Shown here: in pieces, positions 56,116-64,000 of the stretch
Numbering within the stretch: position 1 is the stretch's first letter
How the letters are laid out: each line of letters starts with the position of its first letter
Source: Myxococcales bacterium
Lineage (GTDB): Bacteria > Myxococcota_A > UBA9160 > SZUA-336
Length of the DNA stretch: 64,000 nucleotides
Direction: 5' to 3'
Assembly: GCA_013215565.1 (NCBI GenBank)
Contig: JABSQV010000130.1
Coordinates: forward strand, 8,880 to 72,879
Made by a program: the position numbers and the translations under genes
Notes under the pieces: model-generated
Databases searched by the model: none
What the model was told of the DNA's origin: nothing
The model's input: the letters and a program-made list of their open reading frames with translations, nothing else

Positions 56116-56666
56116 TCATCGATCCCAACAGCAGTGGAGGCGTCGGCAAAGGGCGCAAGGTGTTCCACGGCGTCGGTCTCCGACGCTGGGAGAGCAGCAC
56201 CGGGACCCCCATCCTCGACATCGGCCTGGTCGTGCTCAAGGACATGGAGGGCGACGGCAACGAGAACCTGCAGTGCCGCGCGCGGTTCTTCCTCACGGCC
56301 AACGCGGGCTGGCGCCTGGGCAACTTCGCCAAGGCGTGCGGTCACGGCGAGCCCTTCGACGCCTTCGACGACGACGCCATCGCCAAGTTCATGGCGAAGG
56401 GTCCGATGATCGCGACCGTCGAGATGGAAGAGTACCAGGGCAACTCGTACCCCCGCCCCGGCAAGTGGGCGTCCTACTCGGGCGCCGAAGATCCCGAGTG
56501 GGCCGAGATGATCCAGAACGCCGAAGCCAAGTTCGCCGAGTGGGTCGAGAAGCAGGAAGAGGAGCACGGGGGCAGCAGCTCCTCGGGCAGCAGCTCGGGC
56601 GGCTCGTCGAGCAGTGGCGGCTCGACGGGCGGCGGTGGCGGCCCAGACTCAGACATTCCATTCTAA
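56112..56666 (+). CDS. single-stranded DNA-binding protein with Gly/Ser linker and C-terminal DIPF tail
   Basis: C-terminus GGSSSSGSSSGGSSSSGGSTGGGGGPDSDIPF equals SSB acidic tip motif D-I-P-F. Confidence 0.5.
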   Translation: MIIDPNSSGGVGKGRKVFHGVGLRRWESSTGTPILDIGLVVLKDMEGDGNENLQCRARFFLTANAGWRLGNFAKACGHGEPFDAFDDDAIAKFMAKGPMIATVEMEEYQGNSYPRPGKWASYSGAEDPEWAEMIQNAEAKFAEWVEKQEEEHGGSSSSGSSSGGSSSSGGSTGGGGGPDSDIPF

Positions 56667-56679
56667 TCCTGAGGTGCCT

Positions 56680-57117
56680 GTGCGCGTCTGCAACACATGT
56701 GGCGAAACCAAGCCGGTGGGTGACTTCTACGCGAGGCCACGCACCAAATGCAAGGAATGCCACAAAGAGGCGGTGCGCGCACGACGCCAGAGGAGCCCGG
56801 ATCGTGCTCGATCATACGACCGGGCGCGAAGCGTTCTGCCGCATCGGGTGGAAGCACGAAAGACCTACCAGGGAACGCCTGCCTTTCGTGCCAGCCACAA
56901 TCGTGCCACCAGGCGGTGGCAGGCTAAGAACCCAGAGAAGCGAGCCGCACACATAGCTGTTGGGAACGCTGTCCGTGACGGCTTGTTGCAGCGGCGTCCA
57001 TGCTCTGAATGCGGATCGTCGCCAGCACAGGCGCACCATGATGACTACTCCAAGCCTTTGGTTGTTCGCTGGCTTTGCAAGCCCTGTCACGACACCGAAC
57101 ACGCTAGGAGCCTGTGA
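56680..57117 (+). CDS. HNH endonuclease with N-terminal zinc ribbon
   Basis: GTG with GAGGTG SD; CNTCGE...CKEC then AHHDDYSKP...RWLCKPCH. Confidence 0.55.
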   Translation: MRVCNTCGETKPVGDFYARPRTKCKECHKEAVRARRQRSPDRARSYDRARSVLPHRVEARKTYQGTPAFRASHNRATRRWQAKNPEKRAAHIAVGNAVRDGLLQRRPCSECGSSPAQAHHDDYSKPLVVRWLCKPCHDTEHARSL

Positions 57118-57743
57118 TGCCCTCGCTCGGTATCGATCCCGCAAAGACCGGAGCCATGCTCCTCGGCGAAGGCGCTCAGGCCCTCGCCGCGGTCTGTTGG
57201 AGACAGCGGGGCGTCGGCGAGGATGCGGTGTTCGATGTCGCGGCCTGCGGCGTCCACACCGAAACCGTGACCCAGACTCACGGATTACTCACGGCTCACG
57301 CCATCGCGTGTTTCGCGGTCGAGTACCTGCAGCCCTGGATCATCGGCGGGGGTATCTCGCGGGTCGCCTGTGAGGATGTCTACGTGGGCCAGAACGCGCG
57401 CGGGTCGCTCGGGCTGGCGAAGTTCGCTGGCGGCCTTGTTGGACCTCTCGGCGCATGGACTCGATCAGGGAAGCCCGAATGGGCGACGGCGGGGCAGTGG
57501 CGCAAACCCAGCTTCCGTCGAAGCTGGTGGAAACTGCAAGCCGTCGCCGCCGGGAAGTGCGCCAGCAAGATCGTGGCGAAGCGAACTGGCGAAGAGGTGA
57601 TGCCGAAACGGGAGGCCGCCAAGCGGGAGAGCCTGTTGGTGATGCCGAAGCTGGTGACCGATCTCGATGTGCTCCTCCAACGGCTGGGGCGCACCGACCA
57701 CCTGACAGATGCCGCAGGGGTGCAACGGTGGGCGACCCTGTAG
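57114..57743 (+). CDS. RuvC-like Holliday junction resolvase
   Basis: MPSLGIDPAKTGAM N-terminal RuvC motif, DHLTDAAGV C-terminal acidic motif. Confidence 0.55.
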   Translation: MMPSLGIDPAKTGAMLLGEGAQALAAVCWRQRGVGEDAVFDVAACGVHTETVTQTHGLLTAHAIACFAVEYLQPWIIGGGISRVACEDVYVGQNARGSLGLAKFAGGLVGPLGAWTRSGKPEWATAGQWRKPSFRRSWWKLQAVAAGKCASKIVAKRTGEEVMPKREAAKRESLLVMPKLVTDLDVLLQRLGRTDHLTDAAGVQRWATL

Positions 57744-58816
57744 ACCTTTGCCGTCGGTGTCGGTATCGGGGTCTGCAGCCCGCGCGCCCGACCTACGACC
57801 AATGCAACCGAGACAATCTTGTCGCTGTTGATCCTGTGGTCAGCAAGTGGCGGACGCTCAACTTCAACACGCCTGGATCATCCGGGTGCCCAGGTTGGAG
57901 GAATGGAGGAGCAGCGATAGAAGTGGGACCGGTCAGAGTTGAGGATGTGGTCGAGGCGACCAAGCGAGGTCTGGATTGGTACGTCCTCCTTGAGAACCGC
58001 ACCACCAGAAAAGCCTTCTACAAGGCCGAGGGTGGCGGTGGGTTGAATGGCAAGAACAGGATCTCCTACGGAGCCACCGGATCCAAGGGCATCTTCAAAA
58101 ATGATGTGTCGCTCACCTACGTGGTCAAGAAGCTCCACGAGAAACTCGGCGGGCACTACAAACACGTCGCCTCGACCGAGCCGCTCGCGGCGATCCTCGC
58201 CAAGCGGGCGAGACCCCAGACCCGAGAGGAGCGCCTCGCCGAGCTGAGCAAGTTGAACCGTGGCACCCTCCGCATCCTCTGCGCCCAACTCAAGGCGAAG
58301 CCCAAGGGGCAGAACGGGAAGTGGGAGATGGTCGACGCGCTGATGGATGTCTTCGACGACAATGCCCCGAAGTCATCTGCTCGGGTTCGTCGGTCAACGA
58401 TGGCGAAGACCCGAGAGCATCGGTCAAGCCCTATCTTCTCGGAGCTGTCCCCACGGGATCAGCGGGTCGCCGAGCTGCGAGGCATGGCGGAGAGGATCCT
58501 TCGCAAGATGGCCAGACTGGTCGGGGCGGAGACTGTCGGCCTGTCCAAGGAGGGCATCATCGAGGTGCTGATGGATGGGGTGAAGCGCCCGCTGCGGGAT
58601 CGACTCGCCGGCACCACGATGAGGGAATCCACCAAAGAGGGTCTCTACACGACGGCGGCACGCGAGGGATGGGATCTCCACGATGTCGAGGAGAGCTTCA
58701 TCGACATCTGGGACTCCAGGCGGGTGAACCTCTACACGGATCAGCAGGGCAGGCTCTGGGTCGTGGCGATCCCGCGCGAGGACGGCCAGAAGCCACTATT
58801 CGGTCTCGTTCACTAG
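57728..58816 (+). CDS. hypothetical protein with N-terminal CxxC zinc ribbon
   Basis: GTG overlapping RuvC stop; DLCRRCRYRG. Confidence 0.4.
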   Translation: MGDPVDLCRRCRYRGLQPARPTYDQCNRDNLVAVDPVVSKWRTLNFNTPGSSGCPGWRNGGAAIEVGPVRVEDVVEATKRGLDWYVLLENRTTRKAFYKAEGGGGLNGKNRISYGATGSKGIFKNDVSLTYVVKKLHEKLGGHYKHVASTEPLAAILAKRARPQTREERLAELSKLNRGTLRILCAQLKAKPKGQNGKWEMVDALMDVFDDNAPKSSARVRRSTMAKTREHRSSPIFSELSPRDQRVAELRGMAERILRKMARLVGAETVGLSKEGIIEVLMDGVKRPLRDRLAGTTMRESTKEGLYTTAAREGWDLHDVEESFIDIWDSRRVNLYTDQQGRLWVVAIPREDGQKPLFGLVH

Positions 58817-58842
58817 CCGATACCAAGGCCCAGAGAGGAACG

Positions 58843-59232
58843 ATGCCGAAGCCCACACCCATCGAAGTCCAGTTCATCTGGGAGACCTGGCGGCAGACCC
58901 GCCCTCGTCCGAACCTCTGCAGGTTCACCAAGGATCGGGACAAGCTGATCAAGGCTCGCCTCGAGCTGGGGTACTCGGCGACCGATCTGGTCGCACTGGT
59001 CCGCTACATGACCGAGAGCAATGACAGCCTCCCCCGCTGGATGCGAGGGGACAACCCGCGCAAGAAGTCCTACATGGACCTCGACAACCTCTTCCGCGTC
59101 GGCCAGCTCGGCAAGCGCGTCGAGGCGGCCCTCATCTGGATCGAGGAGTTGGAGAAGCAGTCGACGCCCGACGCCTCGAACCCCTGCGGTACCGAGCTGG
59201 GTCCGATGGGTCGCTTCGGGCGCGGTTCATGA
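58843..59232 (+). CDS. hypothetical protein
   Basis: ATG with GGAGGA SD. Confidence 0.45.
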   Translation: MPKPTPIEVQFIWETWRQTRPRPNLCRFTKDRDKLIKARLELGYSATDLVALVRYMTESNDSLPRWMRGDNPRKKSYMDLDNLFRVGQLGKRVEAALIWIEELEKQSTPDASNPCGTELGPMGRFGRGS

Positions 59233-62200
59233 GTCAGAGCCAGGCGTGGATCGCCAACGTCAAGTCGAGGACCCTGACGACCGTCGCCCCAACCCTCGGC
59301 CTCAGGCCGATGCGAATGAACAGCTACGGACCGTGCCCAGCCTGCAGCGAGTCCCAGCGAGGTAGCGACGATCGGCGCGGTGCCATCGGAGCGGCGAAGG
59401 ACAAGCGCGGTTGGCGCTGCCATCGGTGCAACGTCAAGGGCGATGCCGTCGACCTGATCGCGTGGGTCAAGTACGGCAAGGGCTCCAGTGACCTCACCGG
59501 GGGTGAGTGGCACGAGATCCGCGACTGGTGCAGCGATGAAGGGTGGTGCGACTCAGCTGCCGCTGGCGGCGAGGGCAGAGCCAAGACCCGCTCGGCGGGG
59601 TCGTTGGTTCAGGGGCTCATGGGTCAAGACCGCAGACGCGATCGTTCCCCCAGCGTGCCCAGCGACAGCCCTCCGAAGGAACGATCGGGGAACGGTGGCC
59701 CGTTCGCGTGGCGGGAAGGTCTCGCCGAGGAGTGTGCGATTCGACTTCTAGGAGCCTCGCGGTCGGTGGCGACCGAGCTCCCAGAGCGACTCAACCCCGA
59801 GCCCGACGCCTGTGCCGACGCGGTGATGCAGTACCTGCAGGAAGGTCGGATGTTCACCCTCGACACGATCAAGGAATGGGGTCTCGGCTGCATCCAGGTC
59901 AAGGGCGAGCCCTGGCTGACGATCCCACTCCGAGATCACAGCGAGAGGGTTGTAAACGTCCGTTTCCGCAGCGTCCCCCCAGCCAAGAAGGCGTACCGAG
60001 TCTGCCCTGGCCGACCGCTGCCCCTGTTCGGCGCTGACCGACTGGGGATGGATCTCGGCTCCCCGGTGCTGGTCACTGAGGGGGAGCTCGATGTCATCGC
60101 CATGTGGCAGTACGGCTACCAGGTGAGCGTGGTCAGCGGGACCGCTGGGGCATCGACCTGGAAGGACGAATGGCTCGATGCCCTGGAAGCCTATGAGGGG
60201 TTCACCCTGCTCTCGGACAACGATGATGCGGGCAACGCCCACGCCAAAGCCTTCGCCGAGAAGATAGGGCTTGACCGATGCTCTCGGGCGATCCTCCCGC
60301 GCAAGGATGCGGGGCAGTGCCTCATCGACGAGATCCCGGTCGAGAGCGTCGGCCGGTGCATCGAGTTGTCTCAGCCGATGTTCGGGATCAAGTTGAAGCG
60401 GGTCGACGCCTACGAGGGCGATCTCCAACGACTGATCGACAACCCTGAGGAGTTGGTCGGCCGACCCACGGCATCGAAGGCGATCAACCGCTCGCTCGGA
60501 GGGTGGCGGCCTGGTCTGATCATCCTCGGTGGTGACACCGGTCAAGGTAAGGCCCAGCCTGTCGACGAACCGGTGCTGACCCCAAGCGGAAAGTGGGTGC
60601 CCATCGGATCTCTATCTCCAGGCGATAAGGTGGTGGCCGTTGACGGCAAGCCCACCAAGGTGTCAGGCGTGTTCCCGCAAGGGGTGCGAGAGATCCGAGA
60701 GGTGGAATTCAGCGACGGTACTCGCGTGCGTTGTGATCGCGAGCATCTGTGGTCCGTTCGAACCGACACACACGTAAGGCGAGGCCAGGCTGGGAAGGTG
60801 ATCACGATCGACGAGATCGCTTCCTCACTTCGCGGAGATGGTGGTCGATACCGCTGGCGCGTTCCGCTGGCTGACCCTACGGACAGGCCCGACACTGACC
60901 TCCCACTCGATCCCTACGTGTTGGGTGTCCTGCTTGGCGATGGGAGCACGACGCGCCGCGCCGTGGTGTTCACAAGCGCAGATTCAGAAGTTATCGACGG
61001 GGTGCGAGCGCGGCTCCCTGCTGGTCATCGAATGTCTGTGTCCGACACCCCCAGTAAGGCAAGGCGGTGCAACATTGCGGCCGGAACCGCTGATCGAAAC
61101 CAAGTGACCCACGCACTTCGCGGCCTTGGGGTCTGGGGTAAGCGCGCCCGCGACAAGTTCGTACCTGAGACCTACCTGATGGGTTCCGTGAACCAAAGAT
61201 TGGAGTTGTTGCAAGGGTTGATGGACACCGACGGCTACGCCTCAACGAAAGGATGGTGCATCTTCACAACATCGTCTGAAAAGCTGGCTCAAGGCGTGCG
61301 CGATCTGGCCCACAGCCTCGGCGGCTCGACTCGGACAAATACCAAGATCCCAACCTACAGATACGGAGGGAAGAAGCATCAAGGATTGCTCGCCCACAAT
61401 GTGATCGTGGTGCTTCCCAATGGCCTACACCAGCGCATGTTCACCATCGAGCGGAAGCGAGACAGGATCAAACGAGTCTGGAAGCCGATGCGAAAGATCG
61501 TGGCTGTACACGATGCTGGCAAGGCCGAATGTGTGTGCATCGCGGTCGACCATCCGAAACATCTCTACGTGACTCGCGGGTGGATCGTGACCCACAACAC
61601 AACGGCGGGCACCTGGGCATGCTGGGAGGATTGCAGGCGCGGCACCCCGACCATGATCACCAGCTTTGAGAACAGGCCCGTCGCCGCGATCCAGAAGTTG
61701 CTCCGGATGCAGCTCGGCGGGGACTTCCTCAGAGTGACACCCGACGAGAGGCGCGAGGCGCTCCGCGAGCTGGGGCACATGCCGTTGCACGTCGTTGACC
61801 ACTACGGGCAGATCGAGCCCAAGGTGTTGATGGAGAGCATTCGGTACGGCGCCCGCCGGCTCGGGGTGAAGATGGTGCTGGTCGATCATCTGGGGTTCTT
61901 GGTGAGCCCTGACGCGGACGATGAACGCCGAACCATCGAGGCGGTCATCCGCGCCCTCGCCCTCACGGCCTATACCTACGGGGTGACCATCTTCCTCGTC
62001 TGCCACCCCAAGACCCTGGAGCGTGGACAGACGGTGCCCACCATGAACGACTTTAAGGGGGCGTCGGCGATCAAGCAGGATGCATCAGAGGTCATCATCA
62101 TCGAGCGCGATCCGCCGCGTCCGAATGCCAAGCCGCCCCGCGATTGGCCGGCGGCGATCTGGCACTTCACAAAGGTGCGGTCGGAGTTTGGTATTCCTGG

Positions 62201-62309
62201 ATCGAAGGCAACTCTGGCGTTCGGCCCGCTGTCGTGCAGGTACGCCGATGCCTGGGAGCTACTGCCCGACGCATCGGGTGGGCAACTGCTGATCGTCCCG
62301 CCGACTTAG
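59229..62309 (+). CDS. primase-helicase (CHC2 zinc finger + TOPRIM + DnaB-like P-loop helicase) containing an intein
   Basis: CPACSE...WRCHRC zinc finger; VLVTEGELDVIAMWQYG...LLSDNDDAGN TOPRIM; Walker A GDTGQGK/TT split by intein; RecA-like helicase motifs after. Confidence 0.8.
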   Translation: MSQSQAWIANVKSRTLTTVAPTLGLRPMRMNSYGPCPACSESQRGSDDRRGAIGAAKDKRGWRCHRCNVKGDAVDLIAWVKYGKGSSDLTGGEWHEIRDWCSDEGWCDSAAAGGEGRAKTRSAGSLVQGLMGQDRRRDRSPSVPSDSPPKERSGNGGPFAWREGLAEECAIRLLGASRSVATELPERLNPEPDACADAVMQYLQEGRMFTLDTIKEWGLGCIQVKGEPWLTIPLRDHSERVVNVRFRSVPPAKKAYRVCPGRPLPLFGADRLGMDLGSPVLVTEGELDVIAMWQYGYQVSVVSGTAGASTWKDEWLDALEAYEGFTLLSDNDDAGNAHAKAFAEKIGLDRCSRAILPRKDAGQCLIDEIPVESVGRCIELSQPMFGIKLKRVDAYEGDLQRLIDNPEELVGRPTASKAINRSLGGWRPGLIILGGDTGQGKAQPVDEPVLTPSGKWVPIGSLSPGDKVVAVDGKPTKVSGVFPQGVREIREVEFSDGTRVRCDREHLWSVRTDTHVRRGQAGKVITIDEIASSLRGDGGRYRWRVPLADPTDRPDTDLPLDPYVLGVLLGDGSTTRRAVVFTSADSEVIDGVRARLPAGHRMSVSDTPSKARRCNIAAGTADRNQVTHALRGLGVWGKRARDKFVPETYLMGSVNQRLELLQGLMDTDGYASTKGWCIFTTSSEKLAQGVRDLAHSLGGSTRTNTKIPTYRYGGKKHQGLLAHNVIVVLPNGLHQRMFTIERKRDRIKRVWKPMRKIVAVHDAGKAECVCIAVDHPKHLYVTRGWIVTHNTTAGTWACWEDCRRGTPTMITSFENRPVAAIQKLLRMQLGGDFLRVTPDERREALRELGHMPLHVVDHYGQIEPKVLMESIRYGARRLGVKMVLVDHLGFLVSPDADDERRTIEAVIRALALTAYTYGVTIFLVCHPKTLERGQTVPTMNDFKGASAIKQDASEVIIIERDPPRPNAKPPRDWPAAIWHFTKVRSEFGIPGSKATLAFGPLSCRYADAWELLPDASGGQLLIVPPT
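60552..61598 (+). mobile_element. 349-aa intein with LAGLIDADG homing endonuclease inserted in helicase P-loop
   Basis: Begins after GGDTGQGK, ends IVTHN followed by +1 Thr restoring GKTT; two LAGLIDADG blocks (LGVLLGDGS, LQGLMDTDGYAS); locally lower GC. Confidence 0.7.
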
Positions 62310-62369
62310 CGATCCGGCGCCGTCACCGATACTACCTGGCGTTCCCAAAAAACAACCGGAGGGACAGCC

Positions 62370-63350
62370 ATGATCGTTGATTTCACAGTGGCGGGCGAGG
62401 GGCTCGCTCGACTCACCAAACTGACCCCACGTGTCGACCCCGGCACCGAGGAGCGCCGCATGTGGGATATCGATCTCGTTGCCGTGCTCGATAACGAGGG
62501 TGCCGCTGTCCTGCAGTCGGGGATCCCGCATGCGCAGGACTACCTGTCCCGCGCGACTAGCAAGATCGCCAGCGCGGTCATCAAGGTCAAGCCGGTCGCG
62601 AAGGAGATCGGGCTGACCCTCCAGAGCAACAAGGGCGTGATGGTGCTCGACAAGGTGGCCGGCGAGATCCGGTCGCTGCAGCTCAACCTCACCGACCGAG
62701 CGCAGGGCTACACGGCCCGCATCCGAATCCACGCCCTCGACCGCAAGCAGTCGGCCGACCTCTTGATGGTCCAGGGTAAGACCGTCGCCGTGACCGTGGA
62801 CCCCCGCCAGCAGCCCCTACCGCTCGAACGCGGGGCGAGGGTCGGGGACGTTGTCTCGGCCCGCCTGGCCGACGGCAACGACGTGTATGGGCTCTACCGA
62901 GGTGAGCGCGATGGAGGTCACCTCGTCGACGACTTCGGAGTCCTCTACCCCGCCGAGGAGATCATCTCGTCGCTGGTCATCGAGGACGAGGGTGGGGTCC
63001 TCGCTGCCCAGTACGGCGAGGAGGCCAGCGACAACGGCACCCCGACGTGGCGCAACATCGTGGTCGCCCTGTCGAAGGCATTCGCCCGAGGCGCCCCCGG
63101 AATCCGCAAGGCCAACAACGCCTGGGTCCTCACCGAGCAGGTCGTGGACGATGCCATCGCGCTGGGCCTGCCTGACGGCGGGGTCGACGACGACAAGGAG
63201 AAGCCGCTTGCGGAGATGAGCCGTGAGGAGCTCCGAGAGGTCTGCCGCGGAGAGGGGATCAAGGGATTCTCCAAGATGAGTCTCGACCGCCTGCGTGCCG
63301 CGATCACCGCAGCTCGCGAGGTCCGTGAGTCGGGAGCCTCCAATGGCTGA
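62370..63350 (+). CDS. hypothetical protein with C-terminal Rho_N/SAP-like motif
   Basis: C-terminus EMSREELREVCRGEGIKGFSKMSLDRLRAAI. Confidence 0.5.
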   Translation: MIVDFTVAGEGLARLTKLTPRVDPGTEERRMWDIDLVAVLDNEGAAVLQSGIPHAQDYLSRATSKIASAVIKVKPVAKEIGLTLQSNKGVMVLDKVAGEIRSLQLNLTDRAQGYTARIRIHALDRKQSADLLMVQGKTVAVTVDPRQQPLPLERGARVGDVVSARLADGNDVYGLYRGERDGGHLVDDFGVLYPAEEIISSLVIEDEGGVLAAQYGEEASDNGTPTWRNIVVALSKAFARGAPGIRKANNAWVLTEQVVDDAIALGLPDGGVDDDKEKPLAEMSREELREVCRGEGIKGFSKMSLDRLRAAITAAREVRESGASNG

Positions 63351-63621
63351 TGAGAAATGCACCACCGTTGGGCTCGATGTCGAGAGCCTCTCACGGTCGG
63401 TCGAAGACCCGCGACTCTCCTCCCTGCTTTCGAGCGGGTGGGAGGTCGTGGCGGCCTTGACCGTCGTGGACGGCAAGGGCGAGCCTGAGTTGCGGCTCGT
63501 ACTGCGACCGCCGCGCAAGTGGCTGCGGCAGGTCATCGTCGGAGGGATCGTTGCTGGGGTCGTGGGTGGTGCGGTGTTCTGGCTGCTCTCTGAGCTGCCT
63601 CAACTCACCATCGGACTCTAG
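63343..63621 (+). CDS. small membrane-anchored protein
   Basis: C-terminal TM VIVGGIVAGVVGGAVFWLL. Confidence 0.4.
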   Translation: MADEKCTTVGLDVESLSRSVEDPRLSSLLSSGWEVVAALTVVDGKGEPELRLVLRPPRKWLRQVIVGGIVAGVVGGAVFWLLSELPQLTIGL

Positions 63622-64000
63622 CCGATCCGGCCCCAGACCTCGATGCGGTAGCCGAGCGTGTTGGACCCATCGTCATTAACGAGATCGATGATCTTGTTGG
63701 TGCCGCTGACGACCATCGCGTCGGCTACCGGGTCGTAGAAGATCCGCATGCTTCCTGGGGGCAACTTGATTCCGGCGGCCGTGCCGAACAGGTTCGTGAA
63801 CCCGTTGGCGGCATTCGCGTTGACGGTCAGACCGCTCGCCGAGCTGGACGCCTTGTGCTCGATGAAGATGAGTAGGGTGTCGGTCAGCGCCGTGGCAACG
63901 TCGTGGGCGTCGAGCGCCGTCTGGAGATCGATCGAGACCGTCGCGCTGGTTCCGATCTCGGCGGTGCCGGCGTCGTCGGTATCCTGGGCAAACAGGCCGG
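63620..64000 (-). CDS. 3' end of a leftward gene that begins beyond the window
   Basis: Open minus-strand frame to window end, C-terminus ...GSNTLGYRIEVWGRIG. Confidence 0.45.

Overview
The window is GC-rich (~66%) with short intergenic spacers and frequent overlapping start/stop codons (ATGA, GTGA). It reads as most of a siphovirus-type actinobacteriophage or prophage genome. All calls come from reading the ORF translations and the DNA by eye, so coordinates are approximate (±3 nt, more for RNA-like elements).

Layout:
- 1-28946, leftward late operon: terminase large subunit, ~6 kb accessory insertion, portal, protease/scaffold, major capsid, two tRNA-like elements, head-tail connector, accessory genes including a 900-aa glycosyltransferase, tail genes, two zinc-ribbon ORFs, major tail, chaperones, 1395-aa tape measure, start of a minor tail gene.
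- 29139-30580, short rightward block: ParB-like nuclease-domain gene and one unknown gene.
- 30757-51575, long leftward early region of ~60 mostly small ORFs. Includes a lipoprotein, a minimal nucleotidyltransferase, a J-domain protein, HTH proteins, a minimal sigma factor and a MoxR AAA+ / VWA pair.
- 51826-63621, rightward replication/recombination module: Cas4-like nuclease, Sak4-like ATPase, SSB with DIPF tail, HNH, RuvC-like resolvase, and a DnaG-DnaB-type primase-helicase whose P-loop is split by a LAGLIDADG intein. A primase-polymerase gene lies antisense inside this block.
- From 63620, a convergent leftward gene runs off the end.

Main non-genic signals:
- A ~60-bp conserved start-associated repeat (core CTCTCTGTTGGTAGGTCCATCCTAC plus a GGATACCGG box 18 bp away) sits abutting the start codon of at least 14 genes (about 6 nt in the mRNA sense). 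It carries an embedded ATG mini-ORF (MDLPTE...).
- A related variant carries a GGGTAC-N5-GTACCC palindrome.
- A perfect 50-bp inverted repeat lies at 44385-44587.
- A bidirectional terminator hairpin lies at 30575-30612.
- Three tRNA-like elements have 3' portions that fold but 5' acceptor strands that do not pair.

No integrase, CRISPR array or rRNA was found. Several genes show apparent frameshifts in C/G homopolymer runs, which may be assembly indels.
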